Shown in pieces: positions 30,228 through 39,250 of a stretch of DNA of 64,000 nucleotides. The notes under the pieces were generated by a model. It made no database searches and was not told the DNA's origin. It saw only the letters and a list, made by a program, of their open reading frames with translations. The stretch spans positions 12,874 through 76,873 of the forward strand of contig JAYNIA010000006.1 of assembly GCA_038108555.1 (NCBI GenBank). Direction: 5' to 3'. This stretch comes from Nitrospinota bacterium (GTDB lineage Bacteria; Nitrospinota; Nitrospinia; Nitrospinales; VA-1). The position numbers were made by a program, and so were the translations under genes. Numbering within the stretch: the stretch's first letter is position 1; each line of letters begins with the position of its first letter.

Positions 30228-30393
30228 GCCATTATCCTTCTTTCTGCATACATTTATTACGATTTACTATAATTTTAGACCTGGGTGAGGCGGACTTTAT
30301 TCCCTTTAGGGTTAGAAAATAAAAGGAATATTCCTAATTTTTATTGGGTCTTATCTATAGATGGATGCTGGGAAGAGGAAAGGGGGATAGTTT

Positions 30394-30636
30394 ATGACGA
30401 TCGAAATTATTCGTGAAATTTTGGGTTGGTGTATTGTAATTAATTTGGGAATTTTATTGTTTTGGTGGCTGTGCTTGATGTTGGCTCATGACTGGGTATA
30501 TGGGTTTCATAGCAAGTGGTTCAAACTGTCGCTGGAAAAGTTTGATGAAATCCATTATCAAGGTATAGCGATTTACAAAATAGCCATTTTTATCACCAAT
30601 ATTTCTCCTTACTTTGCATTTAAGATTGTCGGATAA
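30394..30636 (+). CDS. DUF6868 family small membrane protein
   Basis: GWCIVIN.GIL..W, HSKWF, FDEIHY, YK...N..PY pattern; GGGGA RBS. Confidence 0.75.
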   Translation: MTIEIIREILGWCIVINLGILLFWWLCLMLAHDWVYGFHSKWFKLSLEKFDEIHYQGIAIYKIAIFITNISPYFAFKIVG

Positions 30637-30661
30637 ACCATTTGTTGTGAAAATTTGCTGT

Positions 30662-31273
30662 TTATTTCGAAAATCCATTTTCCAACACAATATCATCCAG
30701 TGGTAACTGGCCTGGCTTGGGCCAGGCATCCTTTGTTCCCTTCCCAATGGCAACCATGGGACCCATCACATGATCTTCTGGCAGGCTGATGAGTTTAGCT
30801 ACTTCGTTAATGTCAAAACCGATCATCGGGCATGAGTCATATCCCATAGATTTTGCAGCCAGCATCAGGGTTTGCATTGCCATGCCAATGGACCGTTGTG
30901 CCTCATCACGTTGTAGCCAGTCACGCCCCTCGTGGAAAGGTCCCATCCAATTGACCAGCAGGTCGGCAACCTCCTTGGGTGCGTTTTCCCAGTAGCGTTG
31001 GGGATTTTTCTTCCATGCCTGGGTATCTGCAGTCATGAGAATGAGTAGAGAAGCATCGGTCATTTGAGATTGGTCGTTACCAAATTCAGTCCGTATCTTT
31101 TCCCGTAATTCAGGATTTCGAAGTATCACAAATCGCCAGTGTTGAATATTGAAGCTCGTGGGTGCTTGAATAGCTGCTTCAAGCAGTCGGCTTTCTTCTT
31201 CGGGAGTCAATTTATGATTCGGGTCAAAGTGCTTTACAGCCCGACGATTATAAATGGCCTGAAAGGTATCCAT
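30662..31273 (-). CDS. nitroreductase family protein
   Basis: RRAVKHF, APTSFNIQHWRF, GYDSCPMIGFD; GGAG RBS. Confidence 0.92.
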   Translation of the reverse strand: MDTFQAIYNRRAVKHFDPNHKLTPEEESRLLEAAIQAPTSFNIQHWRFVILRNPELREKIRTEFGNDQSQMTDASLLILMTADTQAWKKNPQRYWENAPKEVADLLVNWMGPFHEGRDWLQRDEAQRSIGMAMQTLMLAAKSMGYDSCPMIGFDINEVAKLISLPEDHVMGPMVAIGKGTKDAWPKPGQLPLDDIVLENGFSK

Positions 31274-31481
31274 GATGATTCTCCATTTAAGGTGATTTCT
31301 GCATATTGCGATAACCGCATTATAAAGGTTTTTCGGAATAAATCGGGTAGGAATAAAAATGCTGGGAAAATGAGGGTAGGTTTAAATTGATTCCCTCAAT
31401 TCAGACCGTTAAAATATGAATTCAGGCTAATAATCGATTAAAAAAATATGGGATTACTTTTCTATTATGCTCGAGAGAAAT

Positions 31482-32069
31482 ATGAAAAAGATTAATGTGA
31501 TTGGAATGTTTTTTGCCGTTTTTCTGGTAAGCGGATGCGCCAGTAATGGATATCAAACTGCACGAGATGCGTTTGATAGAGGGGACTATGATACTGCAGT
31601 AAAAGAATTTAAAGCCCTTGCCGATCAGAATGACCCAAAAGGACAATTTGGGCTGGCCATAATGTACGACCTGGGAGAAGGTGTGCCGCAAAGTTCTGAG
31701 AACGCTTTTAAATATTACAAAGCGGCTGCAGAGCAGGGGTATGCTGATGCTCAAAATAATCTGGCAGCGATGTACGATGAGGGAGAGGGGGTTGAAGTCG
31801 ATCATAAGGAAGCCTTGAAATGGTATAGGCTTGCAGCTGAAAACGGAAATAAGGATGCTCCCAATAACATCGGTGTAATGTATATGATTGGCCTTGGGGT
31901 GCCACGAAATTTTGCGGCTGCCCATAAATGGTTTACGCTTGCCGGAGCTAGTGATGTGGAAGCAAGAAGTAATAAAAAATTCTGTGAAACTCGACTAACT
32001 CCTGACCAAATTGCAGAATCCGAATTATTCGTAAAGGAGTGGAATCAAAAATTTAGAAAGGCTAATTGA
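31482..32069 (+). CDS. Sel1-repeat lipoprotein
   Basis: Lipobox VSGC; repeats of AQNNLAAMYxxGEGVxxDxxEAxKWY..AAE.G. Confidence 0.88.
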   Translation: MKKINVIGMFFAVFLVSGCASNGYQTARDAFDRGDYDTAVKEFKALADQNDPKGQFGLAIMYDLGEGVPQSSENAFKYYKAAAEQGYADAQNNLAAMYDEGEGVEVDHKEALKWYRLAAENGNKDAPNNIGVMYMIGLGVPRNFAAAHKWFTLAGASDVEARSNKKFCETRLTPDQIAESELFVKEWNQKFRKAN

Positions 32070-32114
32070 ATCTATATCTTGTCATTCATTTGATTTAATG
32101 AAAGAAGGGTTTTC

Positions 32115-32597
32115 GTGATTTCCAGATTTTTGGTTTTAACTATTGTTTTTTTCATTGCCTCCGTTTCTTATGCAAATGAGTTTGATGAGGGATTGGAGGC
32201 TATCCATGAAACAAATTACGAAAAAGCTCTTGAAATTCTGGTTCCCCTCGCCACAAAAGGACACGCAGCTTCGCAGTATAATCTGGGGGTTATGCATGAG
32301 TGGGGGAATGGGGTCCCCAGAGATAATGTTCAGGCCATGAAATGGTATGCACTTTCGGCGGAACAGTCTCATAAGGATGCGCAAAATAATCTGGGTGCAA
32401 TGTATAGCAAAGGGGAGGGTGCACAGCAGAACTTTGTTGAAGCCCTAAAGTGGTTTGTTATATCTGCGGATAACGGGAGCGAAGCGGGCAGAAAGAATAT
32501 TGATATTGTCGAGAAAAGAATGACTCGGGAACAAATCACCCGGGCCAGAAAACTTGCCAGAGAGTGGAGTAGAAACCACCCGCGAAAATGGAATTGA
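32115..32597 (+). CDS. secreted Sel1-repeat protein
   Basis: Signal peptide; SQYNLGVM, AQNNLGAMY repeats; C-terminal MTREQI..A..LAREW. Confidence 0.88.
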   Translation: MISRFLVLTIVFFIASVSYANEFDEGLEAIHETNYEKALEILVPLATKGHAASQYNLGVMHEWGNGVPRDNVQAMKWYALSAEQSHKDAQNNLGAMYSKGEGAQQNFVEALKWFVISADNGSEAGRKNIDIVEKRMTREQITRARKLAREWSRNHPRKWN

Positions 32598-32612
32598 GTT
32601 TAAATCCAAATT

Positions 32613-33368
32613 CTATTCATTGTTTTGATAAGAGTTTAATCTGTTTATTAGGTCATTGCCTTCTTTAATTTGGTCGGGCATATCAGGGTCATTTTTTACG
32701 GTTCTTGCCAGTTCCAAAAACTTGCCCAGAGTTCCTTTCGCCTTTGCGTAGTAGCCGTTATCAAAATAGATCTTTCCAAGATAAAAAAGGTTGTCGGCAT
32801 GGTGGGGAGCCAGGGTTACTGCTGTTTCCAGATGGAAAATGGCTTTATCCGAATCGCCTCCAAGGAAAAATGGAAGGGCGTTGTAATACACTCCTAAAAA
32901 CCGGTGCGGACCTGCGTACTCAATATTTGGGTTAATCTTTATAACTTTTTCCATAGAAGATTTTAAAATGTCACGATTGCTCAGGGAACTGAAGATCCCT
33001 TTTTGCACGCTTATATTTCCCAGACATAATCCCATATGGTAAATATTTTCCGCTGAAGTTTCTTCAATTAATATTCCTCTATTTGCAGTCTCTAAACATC
33101 GTTCGAATAAACGCATTTTTTTCTTTTTATCCGAGGTCCTTTTTGCAATTCGAAAATAATTCCGGGCGAGTCTCCAGATCAACTCAGGCTCGTTTGGAGA
33201 GGATTTTGTTAATTTTAGAATCTGTTTTTCAAGATCTACAAATTCCTGTATGGAATTTGCATTGAAATATTGGGAATCAATATTTTTTAAGGTGGAGGAA
33301 GTCATTCCCGTCAAAAAAACGGCCGCAATCATTGCTGCAAGGGATCTGACAATGGTTGTTCTGAACAT
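32613..33368 (-). CDS. secreted TPR-like protein (TatT/RMD-like helical repeat)
   Basis: Signal-like N-terminus; WRLARNY, AGPHRFLG..Y..LPFFLGGD..KA..HLE.A pattern. Confidence 0.7.
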   Translation of the reverse strand: MFRTTIVRSLAAMIAAVFLTGMTSSTLKNIDSQYFNANSIQEFVDLEKQILKLTKSSPNEPELIWRLARNYFRIAKRTSDKKKKMRLFERCLETANRGILIEETSAENIYHMGLCLGNISVQKGIFSSLSNRDILKSSMEKVIKINPNIEYAGPHRFLGVYYNALPFFLGGDSDKAIFHLETAVTLAPHHADNLFYLGKIYFDNGYYAKAKGTLGKFLELARTVKNDPDMPDQIKEGNDLINRLNSYQNNE

Positions 33369-33412
33369 GATATATTGTCGCATAGAAATCCAAAACATAA
33401 ATTACATATCGG

Positions 33413-35320
33413 ATGGACAAAACTGAAAAAAAGCAAGCTGAAATGAGTGATTATGACTTCCATTTATTTAATGAGGGTAATCATTTTCGTCTCTATAACT
33501 TTCTCGGGGCTCATCCCGCCCTGGAGGATAATGTTTCAGGTGTGCGTTTTTCGGTATGGGCTCCTAATGCCGAAAAAGTTTCTGTGATTGGAGATTTTAA
33601 TGGTTGGAATGCGGATTCCCACTCCATGTCGCCTCAAAACGAATCTGGAATATGGTCTTTATTTATTCCCCAGCTAAAGGAGGGAGAAATTTACAAATAT
33701 CATATCCGGTCTCGTTATCAGGGCTACGAAATTGAGAAGGCAGATCCATTTTCGTATTTTAATGAGGTTCCTCCTAAATCGGGTTCCATTGTCCAGCCAT
33801 TGGATTATTCCTGGAACGATGAAGACTGGATGAAGGAAAGGAAAAAGTTTAATGATATCAAAACCCAGCCGGTTTCAATTTATGAACTTCATCTAGGTTC
33901 GTGGAAAAAACATGATGCGGTTCGGTCTTATAGCTATCGCGAATTGGCGCAGCCTTTGTCAGACTATGTCAAAAAAATGGGATTCACTCATGTGGAAATT
34001 ATGCCCGTCATGGAGCACCCATTTTTTGGTTCCTGGGGATATCAGACAACGGGATATTTTTCTCCAACGAGTCGATATGGAACGCCACAGGACTTAATGT
34101 TTTTAATTGATACGTTGCACCAAAACGAAATCGGCGTGATTTTGGATTGGGTTCCTTCCCACTTTGCAGTAGATGGGCATGGTCTTTCATTTTTTGATGG
34201 CACCCATCTTTACGAGCATAAAGATTTGAAGAAGGGATGGCACCCTGACTGGGGAAGTTATATTTTTAACTATGGGCGAAATGAGGTTTTAAGTTTCCTG
34301 ATCAGCAACGCACTTTTTTGGCTAGACCGTTATCATGTGGATGGCCTGCGGGTGGATGCTGTAGCTTCCATGTTGTATCTGGATTATTCCCGGAAGGATA
34401 ATGAATGGATTCCCAACAAACATGGTGGAAATGAAAATTTAGAGGCCATAGATTTTATTAAGAAGCTCAACGAGGAAATTTATAAGGAATATCCAGATGT
34501 CCAAACCATAGCGGAAGAATCTACCGCATGGCCCGGGGTTTCGCGCCCCACTTATCTAGGAGGCCTGGGATTTGGATTAAAGTGGGATATGGGATGGATG
34601 CATGATGTCCTTTCCTATATGGGAAAAATTCCTGTTCTTCGAAAATACCACCATGACCAGTTAACCTTTCGTTCCCTTTACGCCTTCAGTGAAAATTTTG
34701 TTCTGTCTTTGTCTCATGATGAAATGGTGCATGGAAAGGGGTCATTAATTAATAAAATGAGTGGGGATACCTGGCAAAAATTTGCCAATCTCCGCCTTTT
34801 ATTCGGTTATATGTTTGCTCAGTCTGGGAAAAAATTAATATTTATGGGTGGTGAATTTGGTCAGTGGGAGGAATGGGATCATGACTCAAGCCTGAATTGG
34901 GAGCTTCTTAAAAAGCCGGAACATTCTGGTTTGCAAAAATGGGTCCAGGACCTAAACCGGATTTATAGGGACTATCCCTCCCTCCACTCAAAAGATCTGG
35001 ACGAACAAGGGTTTGAATGGATCGATTGTGGAAATGTAGAGGAAAGTATTCTAATTTTACTAAGAAAGGGAGATGAAAAATCCGAGCCTATGGTGGTCGT
35101 TCTAAACTTCACACCTGCCCCACGTTTTAAATATAGAATTGGAGTGCCCAGGGAGGGACTTTGGAAAGAAGTCTTAAATAGCGATGCTCATGATTACCAT
35201 GGGAGCGGGGTCGGAAATCTGGGAGGTGTGGAAAGCGATTCAGTTCCGTTTCATGGGCAACCTTATTCCCTTGAAATCACACTTCCCCCTTTATCAGCGG
35301 TTTTTCTATCCAGAAGCTAA
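33413..35320 (+). CDS. glgB: 1,4-alpha-glucan branching enzyme (GH13)
   Basis: FSVWAPNA, IYELHLGSW, SWGYQ, DWVPSHF, DGLRVDAVASM, AEEST, LSHDEMVHGK. Confidence 0.96.
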   Translation: MDKTEKKQAEMSDYDFHLFNEGNHFRLYNFLGAHPALEDNVSGVRFSVWAPNAEKVSVIGDFNGWNADSHSMSPQNESGIWSLFIPQLKEGEIYKYHIRSRYQGYEIEKADPFSYFNEVPPKSGSIVQPLDYSWNDEDWMKERKKFNDIKTQPVSIYELHLGSWKKHDAVRSYSYRELAQPLSDYVKKMGFTHVEIMPVMEHPFFGSWGYQTTGYFSPTSRYGTPQDLMFLIDTLHQNEIGVILDWVPSHFAVDGHGLSFFDGTHLYEHKDLKKGWHPDWGSYIFNYGRNEVLSFLISNALFWLDRYHVDGLRVDAVASMLYLDYSRKDNEWIPNKHGGNENLEAIDFIKKLNEEIYKEYPDVQTIAEESTAWPGVSRPTYLGGLGFGLKWDMGWMHDVLSYMGKIPVLRKYHHDQLTFRSLYAFSENFVLSLSHDEMVHGKGSLINKMSGDTWQKFANLRLLFGYMFAQSGKKLIFMGGEFGQWEEWDHDSSLNWELLKKPEHSGLQKWVQDLNRIYRDYPSLHSKDLDEQGFEWIDCGNVEESILILLRKGDEKSEPMVVVLNFTPAPRFKYRIGVPREGLWKEVLNSDAHDYHGSGVGNLGGVESDSVPFHGQPYSLEITLPPLSAVFLSRS

Positions 35321-37740
35321 TGTCGAGAAAATATATTTGTATCCACGCCCATTTTTATCAGCCTCCAAGGGAAAACCCCTGGACTCAGGAAATTGAAATC
35401 CAGGATTCCGCAGCTCCATATAAAAATTGGAATAAAAGAATCACGGAAGAATGCTATGCACCCAACGCAAAAGCCCGAATACTCGATGAAGATTTAAGGA
35501 TTAAAAAAATTGTAAACAATTATTCGAGGATAAGTTTCAATTTTTCTCCTACACTTTTGAGTTGGCTTGAATCGAATTCTCCTGAGACTTATCAGGCCAT
35601 TCTTGATGCGGATAAGGAAAGTCAAAAACTATTTTCCGGGCATGGTTCAGCCTTGGCCCAACCCTATTATCACATGATAATGCCTCTGGCTAAATCTTCC
35701 GACAAATTGACTCAGATAATTTGGGGGATAGAGGATTTTAAACTCAGGTTTAAGAGAGAGCCTGTCGGGGTATGGTTGCCAGAAACGGCTGTGGATATCG
35801 AAACCCTCGATTTTCTTGCAAATGAAGGCATTCGTTTTACGGTGCTTGCGCCTGGCCAGGCCAAGAAGATAAGAAGCAGTGAAAATTCGAACTGGATGTC
35901 GGTGAATGAAGAAACTTTGGATACAACACGTCCATATAAACAGAAACTTCCATCTGGGCGGGAGATAAGTATTTTTTTCTATAATAAAAATGTGTCTCAC
36001 CAGGTTGCATTTGAGAATCTGCTCAGCAATGGAGATAAATTTTTTAATAACCTGATTTCGCAGTTTTCAACTGATAGTGGAAAGACGGAATTGGTCCATC
36101 CAGCAACAGATGGTGAAAGTTATGGGCACCACCACAAATTCGGTGAAATGACTTTGGCCTATACGTTGGACCGGTTAATGAACCATGACTCCTATTCCCT
36201 GGTAAATTATTCGAAATATTTGGCCGACTATCCGGCAACCTGGGAGGTGGGAATACTGGAAAATACATCCTGGAGCTGTGCGCATGGAATTGAGCGTTGG
36301 CGAAGTGATTGTGGTTGCCATACCGGGGGAGAGGAAGGCTGGACCCAAGCCTGGAGGAAACCATTGCGAGAAGCTCTTGATGAATTGCGAGAACAGCTAG
36401 ATAAGAAATTTGAAGAAACATTGAACCCGTTATTAAAAAATCCCTCTGAAGCTAGAAATGAATTTGTCCAATTAATACTTCATACGGAGAGCGTAGAAAA
36501 GTTTTTAGGTAAACATGCTTCCTTCAGGTTGGATGCCTCCAAAAAAATAAAAGTTTTAAAATGGATGGAGATCCAACGCCATGCCATGCTGATGTACACT
36601 AGTTGCGGTTGGTTCTTCAACGATGTGTCAGGAATTGAGACAGTGCAAATCCTTCGCTATGCCTCGTATGCTCTGGATTTGTATTCGCAGTTAGATGGGG
36701 TTTCTTTGGAATCCTCTTTCATAGAAACCTTGAAAAAGGCTCGAAGTAATATTCCTAAGTGGAAAAGCGGGGATTTTATTTATAAAAAAATGGTGGAATC
36801 CACTCGGGTTGCAAACGAACAAATTTTTACCTGCGGTTTGGCGGCAAACCTACTTAAGAAGTCAATCCTGGAGATTCCTGTCGGCTCCAATTCCGTCTTA
36901 AATATAAGTAGTGATAAAACTTCTAGCGGTAAGTATGAAATTATTTTTGGTAAGGGAGATATTGTAAAGGACAATACTTTAGAAAAAGTTTCCATGGATT
37001 ATTTTGTTCTTCATGACGGCGATGGTGATTACAAGATATTTGTATTGCCAAGTGTAGAAAAAAATAAGGAAATCCGTGAAAAAATTTTGTCAGTGTTTGA
37101 GAAGAAGGGTTATAAAGAAACTTTGTCCTTACTTTTGGAGAGCTTTGGTCCCCCCTGCTACCCGGATCGAAAAATATTTCATAAATTTTACGACAACCTT
37201 GCAGATGAGATTGGGCAGGAATTTTGGGCTAAAAATAGAAATTTAAAAAAAGAAATGTTTTCATTCCAGAAAAACTTGCTGCTCCTTCATAACAGGTTGG
37301 ATACACCGCTTCCCTCAGACTTCGATAAATTTTCTGGGTTTTTCCTGATTGAGCAATGGAAGGAAATTTTAAATTCTCCTGAGAATTCTCTGGAGAAAAT
37401 ACAGCATCTGATAAAATTTTCCAATGGGAACTCCCTGGACACCCTGGAATTTAAATCCATTTATCAGGAAAGAATAAAACAGGTAATCAAAGATATTGAA
37501 AAACACCCTGAAGATATGGAAAAGCTAGATTGCTTGAATTCACTGCTGGGATTATTGGATTTTATTCCAATGAAATTAAATTTGTGGAATGCCCAAAATG
37601 AAGTTTTTAAAAAGGTCATTCCTCAATACATGGAATTAAAGAAAAGAAAATCGGATGGTGAACAAAATGTGGACGAATGGGTTGATAAAATCGAATCTGT
37701 ACTGAATTATTTAAATATTAGTAAAAAAGTATCTTTATAA
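35320..37740 (+). CDS. GH57 / DUF3536 glycoside hydrolase
   Basis: HAHFYQPPRENPW, WLPET, ATDGESYGHH, SWSCAHGIERW, MYTSCGWFF; TAATG coupling to glgB. Confidence 0.9.
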   Translation: MSRKYICIHAHFYQPPRENPWTQEIEIQDSAAPYKNWNKRITEECYAPNAKARILDEDLRIKKIVNNYSRISFNFSPTLLSWLESNSPETYQAILDADKESQKLFSGHGSALAQPYYHMIMPLAKSSDKLTQIIWGIEDFKLRFKREPVGVWLPETAVDIETLDFLANEGIRFTVLAPGQAKKIRSSENSNWMSVNEETLDTTRPYKQKLPSGREISIFFYNKNVSHQVAFENLLSNGDKFFNNLISQFSTDSGKTELVHPATDGESYGHHHKFGEMTLAYTLDRLMNHDSYSLVNYSKYLADYPATWEVGILENTSWSCAHGIERWRSDCGCHTGGEEGWTQAWRKPLREALDELREQLDKKFEETLNPLLKNPSEARNEFVQLILHTESVEKFLGKHASFRLDASKKIKVLKWMEIQRHAMLMYTSCGWFFNDVSGIETVQILRYASYALDLYSQLDGVSLESSFIETLKKARSNIPKWKSGDFIYKKMVESTRVANEQIFTCGLAANLLKKSILEIPVGSNSVLNISSDKTSSGKYEIIFGKGDIVKDNTLEKVSMDYFVLHDGDGDYKIFVLPSVEKNKEIREKILSVFEKKGYKETLSLLLESFGPPCYPDRKIFHKFYDNLADEIGQEFWAKNRNLKKEMFSFQKNLLLLHNRLDTPLPSDFDKFSGFFLIEQWKEILNSPENSLEKIQHLIKFSNGNSLDTLEFKSIYQERIKQVIKDIEKHPEDMEKLDCLNSLLGLLDFIPMKLNLWNAQNEVFKKVIPQYMELKKRKSDGEQNVDEWVDKIESVLNYLNISKKVSL

Positions 37741-37759
37741 ATAATTAATTCTCAAATAA

Positions 37760-39250
37760 ATGGAAAATAAGAGAAAAAGTGGAATCCTGTTGCATATAAC
37801 CAGCTTGCCCTCCCGTTTCGGAATAGGAGATTTGGGGCCCGGGGCTTACCGTTTTGTCGAGTTTTTACAGCAGGCGGACCAAAAAATTTGGCAGTTTTTG
37901 CCTTTAAATCCCACAACAGTGGGAGACTCTCCCTACTTCAGCCCTTCTGCATTTGCCGGTAATTATTTGTTAATCAGTCCCGAAAAAATGGTCGAGGACG
38001 GATGGCTGAATGCATCTGACATTGATAATGTTCCTGCTTTTTCTGATGGGAAAGTTGAATATGAGAAGGTTGGAAAGTGGAAACAGCGGTGTTTGAATAT
38101 TGCATTTGAGCGCGCTGCAGATTTGAATGGAAATTATGAAAAATTTTGTTTTGAGAATAATTTTTGGCTGAATGACTATTCCATATTCATGGCACTGAAG
38201 GAACATTTTGGCGGTACTGCCTGGGTGGACTGGCCGGAAGAATATAAGAAAAGAGATGCTGCCGCATTGAGTGATGTGAAGGGAAAATTGCGGATGGAAA
38301 TTGAGTTTGAAAAATTTACGCAATTTCTGTTTTTTGAACAGTTGAAAAGTTTGAAAGCGTTTTGTAATGAACACGCGGTCAAAATATTTGGAGATATGCC
38401 AATCTATGTCACTCATGACAGCTCGGATGTCTGGGCTAATCCGGAAATTTTTAAGCTTGATGAAAAGGGAAACCCTTGCCTGGTGGCAGGAGTTCCCCCT
38501 GACTATTTCAGTGAAACCGGGCAGCTTTGGGGGAACCCGGTTTATAACTGGGAAGCGTTAAAAAAGGAATCCTACAAATGGTGGATGCAGCGGTTAAAAT
38601 TTAATCTGGAAAAAATGGACTTGATGCGAATCGATCATTTCCGGGGGTTCGTTGCTGCATGGGAAGTGCCCGCTGGAGATGAAACCGCAGAAAATGGAAG
38701 CTGGAAAACTGTTCCAGGATCAGATTTTTTTTCAAAGGTGATGGATCAATTCCCCGATGCGTTAATTGTGGCGGAAGACCTTGGCATTATTACAGAAGAT
38801 GTTCGTCAATTGATGGATCATTGCGGTCTTCCTGGAATGAAGATTCTGGTCTTTGCATTTGATTCAGATTTGGAAACCAACCCCTATCTTCCCCACAATT
38901 ATTCAGAGAATTGTGTGGTATATACCGGAACTCACGATTGCAACACAGTGAGGGGTTGGTTTGAAAATGATTTGCAACCCGAACAAAGATCAAATTTGTT
39001 TGAGTATCTGGGGAAAAAAGTATCTGCTGATGAAATTTCAGGGGAATTGGTTTGCCAGGCGATGAACTCAAAAGCCCGCTATGCAATTTTATCTATGCAG
39101 GATGTTTTGGGATTAGATGGAGATGCACGTTTAAACTTCCCGGGAACGAAAGAATCCAACTGGCAGTGGCGGATGTCCGCATCAAGCCTGACTCCAGAAT
39201 TGTCCGAACGATTAGCCCTTTTGGTTCGCGAGTCTGGCCGGAGCGGGTGA
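37760..39250 (+). CDS. malQ: 4-alpha-glucanotransferase (GH77)
   Basis: SGILLHITSLP, AGVPPDYFS.TGQLWGNP, RIDHFRGF, AEDLG, YTGTHD. Confidence 0.96.
   Translation: MENKRKSGILLHITSLPSRFGIGDLGPGAYRFVEFLQQADQKIWQFLPLNPTTVGDSPYFSPSAFAGNYLLISPEKMVEDGWLNASDIDNVPAFSDGKVEYEKVGKWKQRCLNIAFERAADLNGNYEKFCFENNFWLNDYSIFMALKEHFGGTAWVDWPEEYKKRDAAALSDVKGKLRMEIEFEKFTQFLFFEQLKSLKAFCNEHAVKIFGDMPIYVTHDSSDVWANPEIFKLDEKGNPCLVAGVPPDYFSETGQLWGNPVYNWEALKKESYKWWMQRLKFNLEKMDLMRIDHFRGFVAAWEVPAGDETAENGSWKTVPGSDFFSKVMDQFPDALIVAEDLGIITEDVRQLMDHCGLPGMKILVFAFDSDLETNPYLPHNYSENCVVYTGTHDCNTVRGWFENDLQPEQRSNLFEYLGKKVSADEISGELVCQAMNSKARYAILSMQDVLGLDGDARLNFPGTKESNWQWRMSASSLTPELSERLALLVRESGRSG

Noticed and set aside
35411..35421. CAGCTCCATAT matching the tRNA 3' end as a possible attR
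   Set aside because: Only 11 bp, inside an intact conserved GH57 coding region, and no integrase is present; consistent with chance.
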